Below, piece after piece: positions 10,201 to 25,200 of a DNA stretch of 64,000 nt. The notes below the pieces were generated by a model that did not search any database, was not told the DNA's origin, and saw only the letters and a list, made by a program, of their open reading frames with translations. The translations under genes were made by a program, and so were the position numbers. Position 1 is the first letter of the stretch. Every line of letters starts with the position of its first letter. Source of the stretch: Squalus acanthias (taxonomy: Eukaryota); assembly GCA_030390025.1 (NCBI GenBank), contig CM059438.1, positions 55,306,001 to 55,370,000 of the forward strand, written 5' to 3'.

Positions 10201-13200
10201 GAAGAAAGGAAAAGAGGCAGAAAGCTTTCCGGAGGGAATTCCAGAGCTTAGGGCCTTGGCAGCTGAAGGCACGGCCGCCAATGGTGGAACGATTAAAATC
10301 AGGGATGTGAAGGTTGTAGGGGCTGGAGGAGGTTACAGAGATAGGGAGGGTTGCAGGTGCTGGAGGAGGTTACAGAGATAGGGAGGGTTGTAGGTGCTGG
10401 AGGTGGTTACAGAGATAGGGAGGGGCGAGGCCGTTGAGGGATTTAAACACCAGGATGAGAATTTTTAAATCGATGAGTTGCCGGACCGGGAGCCAGTGTA
10501 GGTCAGCGAGCACAGGGGTGATGGGTGAACGGGACTTGGTGCGAGTTAGGACACGGGCAGCAGAGTTTTGGATAAGTTGAAGTTTACAGAGGGAGGATGG
10601 TGGGAGTCCGGCCAGGAGAGCGTTGGAATAGTCGAGTCTGGAGGTAACAAAGGCATGGATGAGGGCTTCAGCAACAGATAGGATGAGGCGGGGTGGAGAC
10701 GGCCGATGTTACAGGGTGGAAGTAGGCAGTCTTGGTGATAGAGCAGATATAGGGTCGGAAGCTGAGTTCAGGGTTAAGTAGGACGATGGAGTCAGTGGCT
10801 AGGGAACAGGGTTTGTGGCGGGGACCGAAGACAACAGCTTCCCAATATTTAATTGGAGGTAATTTTTGATCAATTTAGAATAGTCACGCCTGGGGGTAAA
10901 ACAGCACAGATGAGGTAGCGGCCCATTATTCTGAATCGAGCTGTGCTGTTCCTAGCATCCCGCAGGTTCTGTGCATGTTGCTGTGGTGGAAGGTGGAGAC
11001 ATGCTGCTGGTCGGGGCATTTATTGTTTATTGCGCACACGTCATACTGTCGGTCCTCTCCCATGAGTTCTTGCGTTAACTTAAAGCTAGGTGGGAAAGTA
11101 AGCTGTGAGGAGGAGACAGAGGATATAGACAGGTTAAGTGAGTGGGCAATAAGGTGGCAGATTGAGTATAATGTGGGGAAATGTGCGGTTATTCACTTTG
11201 GTAGGAAGAATTGAAAAACAATATTTTTTAAATGGTGAGAAACTATTAAATTTAGGTGTCCTCGTACAGGGGAAACAAAGTTAGTGTGCAGTTACAGCAA
11301 GCAATTAGGAAGGCAAATGGCATGTTGGCCTTTATTGCAAGAGAGTTGGAATACAAGAGTAAGGAAGTCTTGCTACAGTTGTACAGGGCTTTGGTGAGAC
11401 TACACCTGGAGTACTGTGCACGGTTTTGGTCTCCTTATCTGAGGAAGCATATACTTGCCTTAGTGGCGGTGCAACAAAGGTTCACTAGATTGATTCCTGG
11501 GATGAGAGGGCTGTCCTATGAGGAGAGATTGAGTAGAATGGGTCTATACTATCTGGAGTTTAGAAGAATGAGGCGTGATCTCATTGAAACATACAAGATT
11601 CTGAGGGAGATTGACAGAATAGATGCTGAGAGGCAGTTTTCCCCTGGCTGGAGAGTCTAGAACTACAGGTCATAGTCTCAGGTTAAGGGGTTGGCTATTT
11701 TAAGACTGAGATGAGGAGGAATTTCTTCACTCAGAGGGTGGTGAATCTTTGAAATTCTCTACCCCTGAGGGCTGTGGAGGCTGAGATGTAGATTTTTGGG
11801 CTCATGGGGAATCGAGGGATATGGGGATCGGGCAGGAAAGTGGAGTTGAGGTCGATGATCAGCCATGATCTTATTGAATGGCGGAGCAGGCTCGAGGGGC
11901 CGTATGGCCGACTCCTGCTCCTAATTCTTATATTCTTAATGAACATTAGTTCATTAGTTAAGCTTGTAAAATCCCTGTGCCACTATTTCTTGCTGCTGAT
12001 TCCTGCATCCCTCCTGATGATCCGACCTGTACCCAGACATGTGACAGCGGGTGTGAGCACTGCTGCTTGTGATCGTTTTATAACTTCATGATGCTTATCA
12101 CATATGTTTTTTATTGACTTTGATACCGAACGCTTCTTGACGATGAAATGTAATTTCTATTTTCTCCCCAATAAGATTCCGACGATAATCCTCAAACCCT
12201 CCTCTTCTCTGCGACCTGTCCTCCCTGGGTTTACCAAGTTGCAAAGAAGTACATGAGAACACAATACGAACAGGTTGACCTCATTGGAAAATGGACTCAG
12301 AGAGCAGCTACAACCGTTGAAGTAAGTTTGAGCATGGGAGAAATGAGTGTTAAACCCAGGCTCGGCTTACAGGTGCAGGAAGATTTGGAGTAGTGCTGTT
12401 AGGTAGCATTCAAATTTATATCGGTGTCCCTTGGATACAAAGGTGGCAAAATTAAACCTAAACGGGGAGGTTTATAAGAAAATGATCCGTTTAAGACAAT
12501 TATTTTGCTAGGTATATTGTGGGGGTGCGTGTAATGAGGTAACAGCCCAGGATAACTCGGGCCGCTGTTCGAAATGCTGAAACACCTATAGGAACAAGGA
12601 TTGTAGACACATGCAGCGATGGGAGAGCTTTTTCAGTTGTGTCGGGAGCCAGAAAAGACTGCTTGGTCCTTTGAGGGATTTAGCAGGTTAGGGTTGAGCA
12701 CCAAGATATAGCTGAAATGCTCAGTGGCAACCTTGCAACTGTTCTGACTATTGAAGGTGCAGGATAGAGATGCTGCTAACCGTGATTCAGTGGATGGAGC
12801 TATAGCAATGGTGGTCGCCAGGATTGAGGCATTGGAAAGCTGCTGGACTGGAGACCTCCGAGTGCTGAAGGGAATGGGAGATGTATTATATAAGCTACTG
12901 GCTCATATATTTAGCAGCTCTTTGAGGTTTGAGCCAGTTCCGATGGACTGGAGGGAAGATTGTTAGAGCCAATATTTTAAGAAGGGGAAGAAATCGCATC
13001 CTGGGAACTATCGACAGTGTTTTCTGGCTCCGACATCTGTTGCATGGAGGATGTGGTGTATTTGGATTTTCAGAAGGCATTCGATAAGGTGCCACACAAG
13101 AGGTTATTAAACAAAATTAGGGCTCCTGGGATTGGGGGTAATATACTAGCATGGATTGAGGATTGGTTAACGGACAGAAAACAGAGAGTAGGAATAAACG

Positions 13201-16200
13201 GGTCATTTTTGGGTTGGCAGGCTGTTACTAGTGGGGTGCCGCAAGGATCAGTGCTTGGGCCTCAGCTATTCACAATCTATATCAATGATTTGGATGAGGA
13301 GACCAAATGTAATATATCCAAGTTTGCTGATGATACAAAGCTGGGTGGGAATGCAAGTTGTGAGGAGGATGCAAGGAGGCTTCAAGGGGATATAGACAGG
13401 CTAAGTGAGTGGGCAAGAACATAGCAAATGGAATATAATTTGGAGAAATGTGAAGTTATCCACTTTGGTAGGAAAAATAAAAAAGCAGAATGTTTTTTAA
13501 ATGGTGAGAGATTGGGAAATGTTGGTGTTCAGAGGGACCTGGGTGTCCTTGTACATGAATCACTGAAAGTTAACATTTAGGTACAGCAAACAATTGGGAA
13601 AGCAAATGGTATGTTGGCCTTTATTACAAGAGGATTTGAGTATAAGAGTAAAGACGTCTTACTGCAATTATATAGGACCCTGGTGAGATCACACCTGGAG
13701 TACTGTGTACAGTTTTGGTCTCCTTACCTAAGGAAGGATATACTTGCCATAGAGGGAGTGAAACGAAGGTTCACCAGACTGGTTCCTGGGATAGGGGGAT
13801 TGTCCTGTGAGGAGAGATTGAGTAGACTAGGCCTATATTCTCTAGAGTTTAGAAGAATGACAGGTGATCTCATTGAAACATATAAAATTCTTACAGGGCT
13901 TGACAGGGTAGATGCAGGGAGGATGTTTCCCCTGGCTGGGGAGTCTAGAACCAGGGGTCACAGTCTCCGAATAAGGGGTCGGCCATTTAGGACTGAGATG
14001 AGAAATTTCTTCACTCAGAGGGTGGTAAATCTTTGGAATTGTCTACCCCAGAGGGCTGTGGAGACTCAGTCATTGAGTATATTCAAGACAGAGATCGATA
14101 GATTTTTGGATATTAAGGGAATCAAGGAATATAGGGATAGTTCAGGAAAGTGGAGTTGAGGTAGAAGATCAGCCATGATCTTATTGAATGGCGGAGCAGG
14201 CTCGAAGGGCCAAATGGCCTACTCCTGCTCCTATTTCTTATGTTCTTATTGCAGGGTAGCTGGGATTAGGAAGATGTATCTTGTCCATCAACTAACCATT
14301 TGCCAATCCATTTTAATGCATTCCCATCTATCCGATGTGCCTGGACCTTATGTAGTAGCCTGTTATGTGGGACAGTGTCAAATTCCGTCCTGAAATCCAG
14401 GCAAATGACATCCACTTTACTCCCCTGCTTACTAAATCCAATAAATTAATCAAGCATGACTTCCCACTCCTAAAACCACGCTGACTGTCTTGGGTTAGTT
14501 TATGCCCCTTAAATTATCTCTTTCAAACAAACACCTTTCCAAAAGAAAGGTCTACAATTTGATGGTTCATCCCTCGCCCCTTTTTGAAGATGGCTGTCAC
14601 ATTTGCTATTTTCCAAACCTCTGGGAGTTTGTCTGAGTCCAGTGAACGCTGAAAAATATCCACTCGTGGACTTGCAAGTGTTAACCCTGGGATGAAAATT
14701 GTCAGAGCAGGAGCCTCATCTACCTTGAGAATCAAAAACTGTGATCTTGTGATTTGAGCATTTTTCCGTCTACATTCACTTTTAAACTGTACCCCCAATT
14801 CTGGCATTTTTCCCCCCTGTTTTGTGAACTTTGTTTAAAAAATAACAATGAAGTAATCCAGCAGTTTCTCTAACTCTGGACACAACTTGTCATTTTTTTA
14901 GTGGGCCTTTTGTTTACTCCTGACAGACATCAAGAATGCTGGATAGTCGCTAACTGTCCCGGGTCTTGTGTGACAAGTTTTGAGTAGTCTCAATCTAGTT
15001 CCTAATAGATGTGGATCCACAGTAAAAAGTGGTCCCCACTTTGACATTAAACTGGCACAGTTCTTTGGCCTCTGTGACCTCTCTATTGCTGGGTGAAAAT
15101 ACCCATCCCTTGGACTGACGGTCTGGTACAACAGTGTTGTCAGAGGGTTAATTAGCCGATTTATACCAATACACTGGCAAGCACACACAAGACTCCTATG
15201 TGCTTTAATGTTGTGCAGTGCGCTTCTTGTATGATGTCTATTTCTGTACCCACCAGTACTTCACCCTGGTGTCACAGTTCAGCCCGCCCGCTCGCTGCAG
15301 ACACATTCCCACGTTGACAGGACACAGTGTGTTGGCTGCTCTGAGACAGTGTGAAACTTTCATTTGGTTTTACTGAACTTCCACTCACCATACTGCACGA
15401 TATTAGTTACTTTACACACTGGCTTCAATATCTGTTCACATTCTTGGATTCAGGTCCGCATCAAGGAGTGCAAACTGCAGCCAAGCTCCTTAAACTAGTT
15501 TTACTTTCTCTCCATTCTGGCAGCACTTGGCCATTACATGCCATTGGTCACAGCGAGCGGCAATCATCGGTGATGTCATTCAGGTATACAGCGGCAGTCA
15601 CGGGCGAACTATCATCTTCTGTGAAACAAAGAGGGAAGTAAACGAGCTGGTGATGGATAACTCTATAAAACAGGTACTGTATACTCCTGCCAGAGCACGA
15701 CTATTCTCCCTCCCTGTGTTATACAGTGACAGACCCGTACCCCCGTGTTATACAGTGACAGACCCGTACCCCCGTGTTATACAGTGACAGACCCGTACCC
15801 CCGTGTTATACAGCGACAGACCCGTACCCCCGTGTTATACAGCGACAGACCTGTACCCCAGTGTTATACAGCGACAGACCTGTACCCCCGTGTTATACAG
15901 TGACAGACCTGTACCCCAGTGTTATACAGTGACAGACCTGTACCCCCGTGTTATACAGTGACAGACCTGTACCCCCGTGTTATACAGTGACAGACCCGTA
16001 CCCCCGTGTTGTGTTATACAGTGACAGACCTGTACCCCCGTGTTATACAGTGACAGACCTGTACCCCCGTGTTATACAGTGACAGACCTGTACCCCCGTG
16101 TTATACAGTGACAGACCTGTACCCCCGTGTTATACAGTGACAGACCTGTACCCCCGTGTTATACAGTGACAGACCTGTACCCCAGTGTTATACAGGGACA

Positions 16201-19200
16201 GACCTGTACCCCAGTGTTATTCAGCGACAGACCCGTACCCCAGTGTTATACAGCGACAGACCTGTAACCCCAGTGTTATACAGGGACAGACCTGTACCCC
16301 AGTGTTATTCAGCGACAGACCCGTACCCCAGTGTTATACAGTGACAGACCTGTACCCCAGTGTTATACAGTGACAGACCTGTACCCCAGTGTTATACAGG
16401 GACAGACCTGTACCCCAGTGTTATTCAGCGACAGACCCGTACCCCAGTGTTATACAGCGACAGACCTGTACCCCAGTGTTATACAGGGACAGACCTGTAC
16501 CCCAGTGTTATTCAGCGACAGACCCGTACCCCAGTGTTATACAGTGACAGACCCGTACCCCAGTGTTATACAGTGACAGACCCGTACCCCAGTGTTATAC
16601 AGTGACAGACCCGTACCCCAGTGTTATACAGTGACATACCTGTACCCCCGTGTTACACAGCGACAGACCCGTACCCCAGTGTTATACAGCGACAGACCCG
16701 TACCCCAGTGTTATACAGCGACAGACCCCGTACCCAGTGTTATACAGGGACAGACCCGTACCACAGTGTTATACAGCGACAGACCCGTACCCCAGTGTTA
16801 TACAGCGACAGACCCGTACCACAGTGTTATACAGCGACAGACCCGTACCCACCATTACTGCGTGTTCGCACAGTTGAACCGTGTAATTAATGTTCCTCCC
16901 CAGAGGACGTTAGTTACTGGAATACTTGTGCTAACACTGCATTTGTTGGGTTGCGCTACACCATCGTTTCCCTAACCAAGCTTGTGCTGTTTTCTCCAGG
17001 ACGCTCAGTGTCTACACGGGGACATTCCACAGAAGCAGAGAGAGCTGACATTGAAAGGTTTCCGGGATGGCTCCTTCGAGGTCCTGGTCGCCACCAATGT
17101 GGCCGCCCGCGGCTTGGACATCCCAGAAGTAGACCTGGTAATACAGAGCTGTCCGCCAAAGGTAAGTCAGCACTGTCGGTCAGGGAAAATGCCCGAGGTC
17201 CACTAGTTTTACGTCGGACTGTGGGTTCTCTTACTGATTTCTACAGGCGCTGTTTAAATGGCATTGGGTTGTCCAATCAATTGGACCTAAACTGGGAGCT
17301 TAATGTTGGCGGTATTTTGTGACAAGTTGCAAGCCCGTTAATAAGTAGACTAGTGAGATGGCTGCTCGGGCGTAGAGCTTTGTTCCTCGATGCACCGAGT
17401 GAAGTGTTGAGCATTTCCTTGCTCCAAATGTTGGGTTGATCGATGTATTCTGTAACTCGGAGTTTGAGGTGATTCGCTGTCCTTTATATCATGTTTTTGG
17501 AAGGCGTTTTTCTTTGTTCTAATTCTATCAATCGCTCATTTAGGACGTGGATTCCTACATTCATCGTTCTGGTCGTACAGGCAGAGCTGGGCGCACGGGG
17601 ATCTGCATCTGTCTCTATCAGCGCAAGGAGGAGGAGCAGCTGAGATTTGTGGAGCACAAGGCTGTAAGTGGAGTTTGATGTGAAGCGTGTGGTATAGATT
17701 GCTTCAGAAAAGTGACAATATTGATGAAAGCTTTGTCCTGGTGAAGGTGCATCTGTCCTTAACCAGCAGGGACCAGAAGCAGTTAGATTGATTTCAGAAT
17801 CTGGGTATAGAACTGCTCCGCCCCAGAAGAGGCATCCTCGTCCCCTGCTGATCTACTTCTGATAAAGGGGAACCAATGGATGTAGTATATTTGGATTTCC
17901 AAAAGGTGTTCGATAAGGTGCCACATAAAAGGTTGTTAGGCAAGATAAGGGCTCGTGGGATTGGGAGGATTGTATTACCATTGATAAAGGATTGTTTAAT
18001 GGACAGAAAACAGAGAGTAGGGATAAACGGGTCATTTTCCAGTTAGCAGGCTGTAACTAGTGGGGTGCCACAAGGATCAGTGCTGGGACCTCAGCTATTC
18101 ACAATCTATATCAATGACATTGATGAAGGGACAATGTATCCAAGTTTGCTGCTGATACAAAGCTAGGTGGGACAGTAAGCGGTGAGGAGGACACAAAAAA
18201 CCTACAAAGGGATATAGACAGGTTGAGTGAGTGGGCAGTAAGGTGGCAGATGAAGTATAATGTGGCAAATATGAGGTTATTCACTTTAGTAGGAAGAATA
18301 GAAACACAGAATATTTTGGGAGTTGGAGTACAAGAGTAAGGAAGTCTTGCTACAATTGTACAGGGCTCTGGTGAGACCACACCTGGAGTACTGTGCACAG
18401 TTCTGGTCTCCTTATCTGAGGAAGGATATACTTGCCTTAGTGGCGGTGCAACGAAGGTTCACTAGATTGATTCCTGGGATGAGAGGGTTGTCCAATGAGG
18501 AGAGATTATGTAGAATGGGCCTATACTCTCGAGTTCAGACGAATAAGAGGTTATCTCATTGAAACATACAAGATTCTGAAGGGGATTGACAGGGTAGATG
18601 CCGAGAGGTTGTTTCCCCTGGCTGGAGAGTCTAGAACGAAGGGGCATAGTCTCAGGATAAGGGGCCGGCCATTTAAGACTCGAGGAATCAAGGGATATGA
18701 AGATCGGGCGGGAAAGTGGAGTTGAGGTCGAAGATCAGCCATGATCTTATTGAAAGACGGAGCAGGCTCGAGGGGCCGTGGGGCGGAGCAGGCTCGAGGG
18801 GCCGTGGGGCGGAGCAGGATCGAGGGGCCGTGGGGCGGAGCAGGCTCGAGGGGCCGTGGGGCCGACTCCTGCTCCTAATTCTTATGTTCTGTTAACATTC
18901 CCAGCGGCTGGAGCCGGCCTGGAGTTGAGCCGGGGCTGAGAGGGTCGTGTCTAACCCACTGTTTCTCCACCTTCCTCTTTCCCACCGTCTGATTTTTGTT
19001 CTGATATTTTCTCATATTCACCGCAAACAGAATCGATTTCATTTCCCTTCTCCGAAGTAAACAAAGTGAATAAAAACTTCTTGCAAAACCAAATTGAATT
19101 CCGAAAGGAAACTGCAGCACTTGAGATTTGTCGCTGTTTTACAAAATGACCATTTGTGCTTTGTTTTTAAAGGGTTTGACATTCAAACATGTTGGAGTTC

Positions 19201-22200
19201 CGACGGCCACGGACATCATCAAAGCTTCCAGCAAGGACGCCATACGGTAACTGCCAATTTCCAACTAATGTCTGCGCGGCTCCCGAATCCTGGCCGCCAG
19301 CACCTGCCTATATGATCCCAAGCACACCGCGGGCAATTGGAGGGAGGGGATGCAGTGGGCCAGCGTATAAAGACCAGTGGGTGTGAGATGTGGCACAGGG
19401 CTGCAGGCGGTCCGGAGTTAGAATAGGGCAAGGATTAGAGTTCAGTGTTTGGGGTGGAGGGAACCAGTGGGGTGAATGGATCCCCTCGCTGGAAGGGTGA
19501 GCGTGGCAGAGGTTAGGACGGGAGGAGGTCTGTCAGCTGGTGAGGAGGGGAACCAAAGTGTGCATTAAAGTTTGAGCAGCGGTTAGCATGAGGTAAGCGT
19601 GGAGCTGAGCAGTGTTGTAGGTGCTCCATCTGTGATGGCCCTCCCTCTTTGACAGAATCAGGGTTGGCAGCAATGTTCCCATCCATTTTTGGGGGGTCCC
19701 CGGCCCCTTTAAGGGGCTGTGCAGCCCATTCTAAATACGGTGCATGCGCAGTTTTCCCCATTGTGAAGTCGGCAGGCGGCCTCCAGAGCGCTGCGCAGCT
19801 CAACAGCAACATGGCTTGGCAGTGATGTGTTTCCCAGTCGAACAGCCTGCAGGCGCTGACTGTTCAGGCTCAGCTTCCAAAACTGCTGTTATTGCCTGTC
19901 GAACCATACCAAACAGTGAAGCACCATCTTTGGGGAGTGGGGAAGAAAGATTGGGTCAGTATGAGAAATGTTGACTAGTAAATACGTGCTAAATCTGGTG
20001 GGAGAATCAGTCATTCCAATGCCAGCTAAACATTTTTACAATTTGTGTTTGAAAGGTTCTTGGATTCCGTTCCGGCGTCAGCGATCGCACATTTCCGCAC
20101 AGCTGCTGAAAACCTGATCGAGGAGCGGGGAGCACTGGATGCCTTGGCTGCGGCATTGGCACATATCTCCGGGGCAAAGAGCATTGAACAGCGCTCACTC
20201 CTCAACTCGGATGCGGTAAGCATGACTGCACCTGCGTGAAGTTCACTCCTCACTGTGGCACAGTGCTCCCCGAGGGCGTGGTGAACAGTTCCATTAGTGG
20301 CACAGTACTACATTGAAGTTTACAGCACATAATGAAACCATTCAGCCCATTATATCTGCACCGGCTCTTTGCTAGAGCAATCCCACACTAATCCCACTGC
20401 CCTGCTCTCTCCCCATAGCCCTGTATCAATCCCACACTAACCCCACTGCCCCGCTCTCTCCCCATAGCCCTGTATTAATCCCACACTAATCCCACTGCCC
20501 CGCTCTCTCCCCATAGCCCTGTATCAATCCCACACTAATCCCACTGCCCCGCTCTCTCCCCATAGCCCTGTATCAATCCCACACTAATCCCACTGCCCCG
20601 CTCTCTCCCCATAGCCCTGTATCAATCCCACACTAATCCCACTGCCCCGCTCTCTCCCCATAGCCCTGTATTAATCCCACTGCCCCACTCTCTCCCCATA
20701 GCCCTGTATCAATCCCAAACTAATCCCACTCTCTCCCCATAGCCCTGTATCAATCTCAAACTAATCCCACTGCCCCGCTCTCTCCCCATAGCCCTGTATC
20801 AATCTCAAACTAACCCCACTGCCCTGCTCTCCCCATAGCCCTGTATCAATCCCAAACTAATCCCACTGCCCCGCTCCCTCCTCATAGCCCTGTATCAATC
20901 CCAAACTAATCCCACTGCCCCCCTCTCTCCACATAGTCCTGTATCAATCCCAAACTAATCCCACTGCCCCCCTCTCTCCACATAGTCCTGTATCAATCCC
21001 AAACTAATCCCACTGCCTGCTCTCCACATAGCCCTGTATCAATCACACACTAACCCCACTGCCCCGCTCTCCCCCCCTAGACCTGCACCTGAGCCAGATG
21101 CTGTCTTGACATCGATCAGTATGCACTTTTCAGCTGAAGTGTCTGGATAGTGCTGAGGAGGACGACCTCTAGCCCAGGTCGTTGAGGCTACTTGCCGTAT
21201 CTGCTCAGGGATTTTGAATCAGAAACGAGGGTGGGGATGAAGAACCTGTGCAAGTGGCCAGGTGTCTGCCTTTAATAATATTAAGGGTTATGTGACAATT
21301 TGGTAGAGTAACCTTGTATGATGTTACATAGAATTAAACACATTTTACACCACAGGAACCGACCATTCGTCCCAACTGGTCTAAGTCGGTGTTTATGCTC
21401 CACACGAGCCTCCTCCCACCTTAGTTCATCTAACACTGTCAGAATATCCTTCTATTCCTTTCTCCCTCATGTCATTATCTAACCTCCCCTTAAATGCATC
21501 TGTACTATTCACCTCAATTACTCCCTGTGGTAGCGAGTTACGCATTCTCACCACTCAGTAAAGACATTTCTTCTGAATTCCCTATTGGATTTATTAATGA
21601 CTATCTTATACTTGTGACCTCTAGTTTTAGATTCCCCCACTAATGGAAACATTGTCTCTCTATCTACCCTATCGAACCGCTTCATAGTTTTAAAAACCCC
21701 TCCGTCTTCTCTTTTCTATAGAAAAGAGCCCCAGCCTGTTCATCCTTTCCTTGCCTCAACATCCTTTTTGTAATATGGAGACCAGAACTATTCACAGTAC
21801 TCCCGCGTGTAGTCTAACCAAGGTTCTATACAAGTTTAACATAACTTCTCTGCTTTTCAATTCTATCCCTCTCAAAATGAGACCCAGTGCTTGGTTAGTT
21901 TTTTTATTGGCCTTATTAACCTGCGTCGCTACTTTTAATGATTTGTGTATCTGTACCCCCCCCCCCCCCCCCCCCCCGATCCCTCTGCTCCTCGACCCCA
22001 TTTAGACTCTTATTATCCAAGCAGTATGTGGCCTCCTTATTCCTGCTACTAAAATGTACCACCTCACACTTATCTATATTAAAGTTCATTTGCCAATTAC
22101 ACGCCCATTCTGCACGCTTATTAATGTCTTCCTGTATTTTGTCACAGTCCTCCTCAGTATTAACTATACCCTCCAATTTGATGTCGTCTTCAAATTTTGA

Positions 22201-25200
22201 AATGGTACTTCCGATGCCCAAGTCTAACTCATTTATGTAAATGGTGAACAACAGTGGTCCCAGCACCGATCCCTGTGGAACATTGCTTCCCACCCTCCAC
22301 CAGTCTGAGTAACTACCTTTAACCCCGACTTTCTGGTTTCTGTTTTTTAACCAGTTTGCTATCCATTCTGCTACCTGTCCCTGACTCCATGTGCTCTGAC
22401 CGTAGTCATGAGTCTACTACATGGTACCTTACCGAAGGCCTTTTGAAAGTCCAAAATGAGGAACCACCTTGAATAACATTTCCTGTGCCGTGCATGAGCA
22501 TACCAAAGCTATTTCTTTGAGTTAACATGTTATTACCAAAAATGATTGCATGCTCTTATTAAATGGTGTGTCTGTGTGACTTCATTAACTTGGAAACTAA
22601 CACAATGATTCTTGTCTCAGGGGTATACAACAATGGTGTTGGCTTGTTCAACAGAGATGCACAATATCGGCTACGCATGGCGAGGGCTGAAGGAACAGCT
22701 GGGAGAGACTGTGGACAGCAAAGTGAAGGGGATGAGGTTCCTGAAGGGTAAAATGGTATGTTGGCAGTGTACAGTTAATGTGACACTGTTTTACTGTATA
22801 AAACCTGCAGCATTTAAAGCCGACAGATCAGACCAGCCATACCCAAACTACAAGCTCCAGCTGTATTAAATCCCCAGGGTTCCTGGAAACATGACCAGGC
22901 AGCTCGGTTCCATTCGCAGGTTTATTACCTCACCAGTCTGTCCTGATTGAATTTCAGAGGCTGGGAGGTTTGAAAAGGACTGTTTCTGGTGCTGTTGCTG
23001 CTTTGGTGGATAAACCCTGAATCAGGACACCCAGGTGTATTGGTGGGGAACATTAAGAGGAACAGGGGTTGACACTTTGTGTGGTTCCATGTCGTGCAGC
23101 CCACAAAGACCAGATGCTCTGACTACCCTACTGTCGACAGCATACAGGATGGTCACAACACTTTCTGTGAAGTGCCCAACAGGGTCTGCTATTCCACAGG
23201 TTTCCTGAGTCCATTCCTGGGAAAGGAGCAAGTGCGATCTGACCATCCCAGGAATTGGTATTGCAACTGGCGAACGAGATCCAGACTTCCAAGGGGGGTC
23301 TTGGCCTGTTGTAGTGGGGTGATCTCTGAGGCAGCTCGGGGACATGGGCCAGTGCACTGCCCAGGTGGCTGATGGCGGAAGAGGATTGAGCACGCTCCCC
23401 GACCCAGGGCTCAAACTGGACCTTTCTAGGTCCTGGTGCTGGGTGGCAGCTGCACACACTGGGGTTTGTGTCCAGCTCCCCGTCAGTGTATCTCAAGGGC
23501 TTGACAGTCAGATCCCACGGCTGGTGTTTAGCCTTTCTGCCCCTGTATCACCAGTTCTGTGATTTGGATGGTTTTCCTTTCTTGTGAATATTTGTGATGT
23601 ATATTCAAACATTCCGATAAACCTCTACGGTTTAAAAAAAAAAGTATATTTGGGTAATATTAACTGAAGATTAGCAAGTTTAATTGAAAGACTTACTGCG
23701 GCCTGAGATTGTTTGGAATGGGACATTCCCACCAGAAGAAGCCAAATGTAATGTGTGTATAAATGTCTTGGGGCACATCCTGGGTGCAGTGTAATGGACT
23801 AACACTCTCCGGATCTCCTTGTTTAGGGCGTGTGTTTCGATGTTCCCCAAGATTCTCTGGAAACCTTGCAGGTACGTTCACCTTTCTGTATGGAGATTTC
23901 TCGATCTTCGACAACATCTCAGCTTTCTGCACATACAATTATCTTCATTCAAAGACTGTTAATTGCTAAAAAAAAATAAAAAAAAATCTCAACTAATGCT
24001 GAGACAGATCTTATCCATTCCTTTTTAAAGATCCTTCCCCCACAAACATCAGGAAAAGGCCATTCAGCTGGTCAAAACTCGTTCCTCCAGTACACTAACT
24101 CCCATTGAAGCCCATCTCTCCTGTACACTAACTCTCCCATTGAAGCCCATCCCTCCAGTACACTAACTCTCCCATTGAAGCCCATCCCTCCAGTACACTA
24201 ACTCCCATTGAAGCCCATCCCTCCAGTACACTAACTCCCATTGAAGCCCATCTCTCCAGTACACTAACTCTCCCATTGAAGCCCATCCCTCCAGTACACT
24301 AACTCCCATTGAAGCCCATCTCTCCAGTACACTAACTCTCCCATTGAAGCCCATCCCTCCAGTACATTAACTCTCCCATTGAAGCCCATCTCTCCAGTAC
24401 ACTAACTCTCCCATTGAAGCCCATTCCTCCAGTACACTAACTCCCATTGAAGCCCATCTCTCCAGTACATTAACTCTCCCATTGAAGCCCATCCCTCCAG
24501 TACACTAACTCCCATTGAAGCCCATCCCTGCAGTACACTAACTCCCATTGAAGCCCATCCCTCCAGTACACTAACTCCCATTGAAGCCCATCTCTCCAGT
24601 ACACTAACTCTCCCATTGAAGCCCATCCCTCCAGTACACTAACTCCCATTGAAGCCCATCTCTCCAGTACCCTAACTCCCATTGAATCTCATCCCTCCAG
24701 TACACTAACTCTCCCATTGAAGCCCATCCCTTGAGTACACTAACTCCCATTGAAGCCCATCCCTCCAGTACAGTAACTCTCCCATTGAAGCCCATCTCTC
24801 CAGTACACTAACTCTCCCATTGAAGCCCATCCCTCCAGTACCCTAACTCCCATTGAAGCCCATCCCTCCAGTACACTAACTCTCCCATTGAAGCCCATCC
24901 CTTGAGTACACTAACTCCCATTGAAGCCCATCCCTCCAGTACAGTAACTCTCCCATTGAAGCCCATCCCTCCAGTACACTAACTCTCCCATTGAAGCCCA
25001 TCCCTCCAGTACCCTAACTCCCATTGAAGCCCATCCCTCCAGTACACTAACTCTCCCATTGAAGCCCATCTCTCCAGTACATTAACTCTCCCATTGAAGC
25101 CCATCCCTCCAGTACACTAACTCCCATTGAAGCCCATCCCTCCAGTACAGTAACTCTCCCATTGAAGCCCATCTCTCCAGTACACTAACTCTCCCATTGA

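Noticed and set aside
12010..12150. Possible intronic C/D box snoRNA (TGATGA at ~12015)
   Set aside because: No CTGA D box or convincing terminal stem at a suitable distance.
23461..23500. GVCVQLP peptide resembling the GVCFDVP exon (possible mutually exclusive exon)
   Set aside because: No AG acceptor in front and no donor; the true exon is 23827-23871.
23590..23670. Possible C/D snoRNA (GTGATGT...CTGA)
   Set aside because: Imperfect C box, poly-A interior, no recognisable guide sequence.
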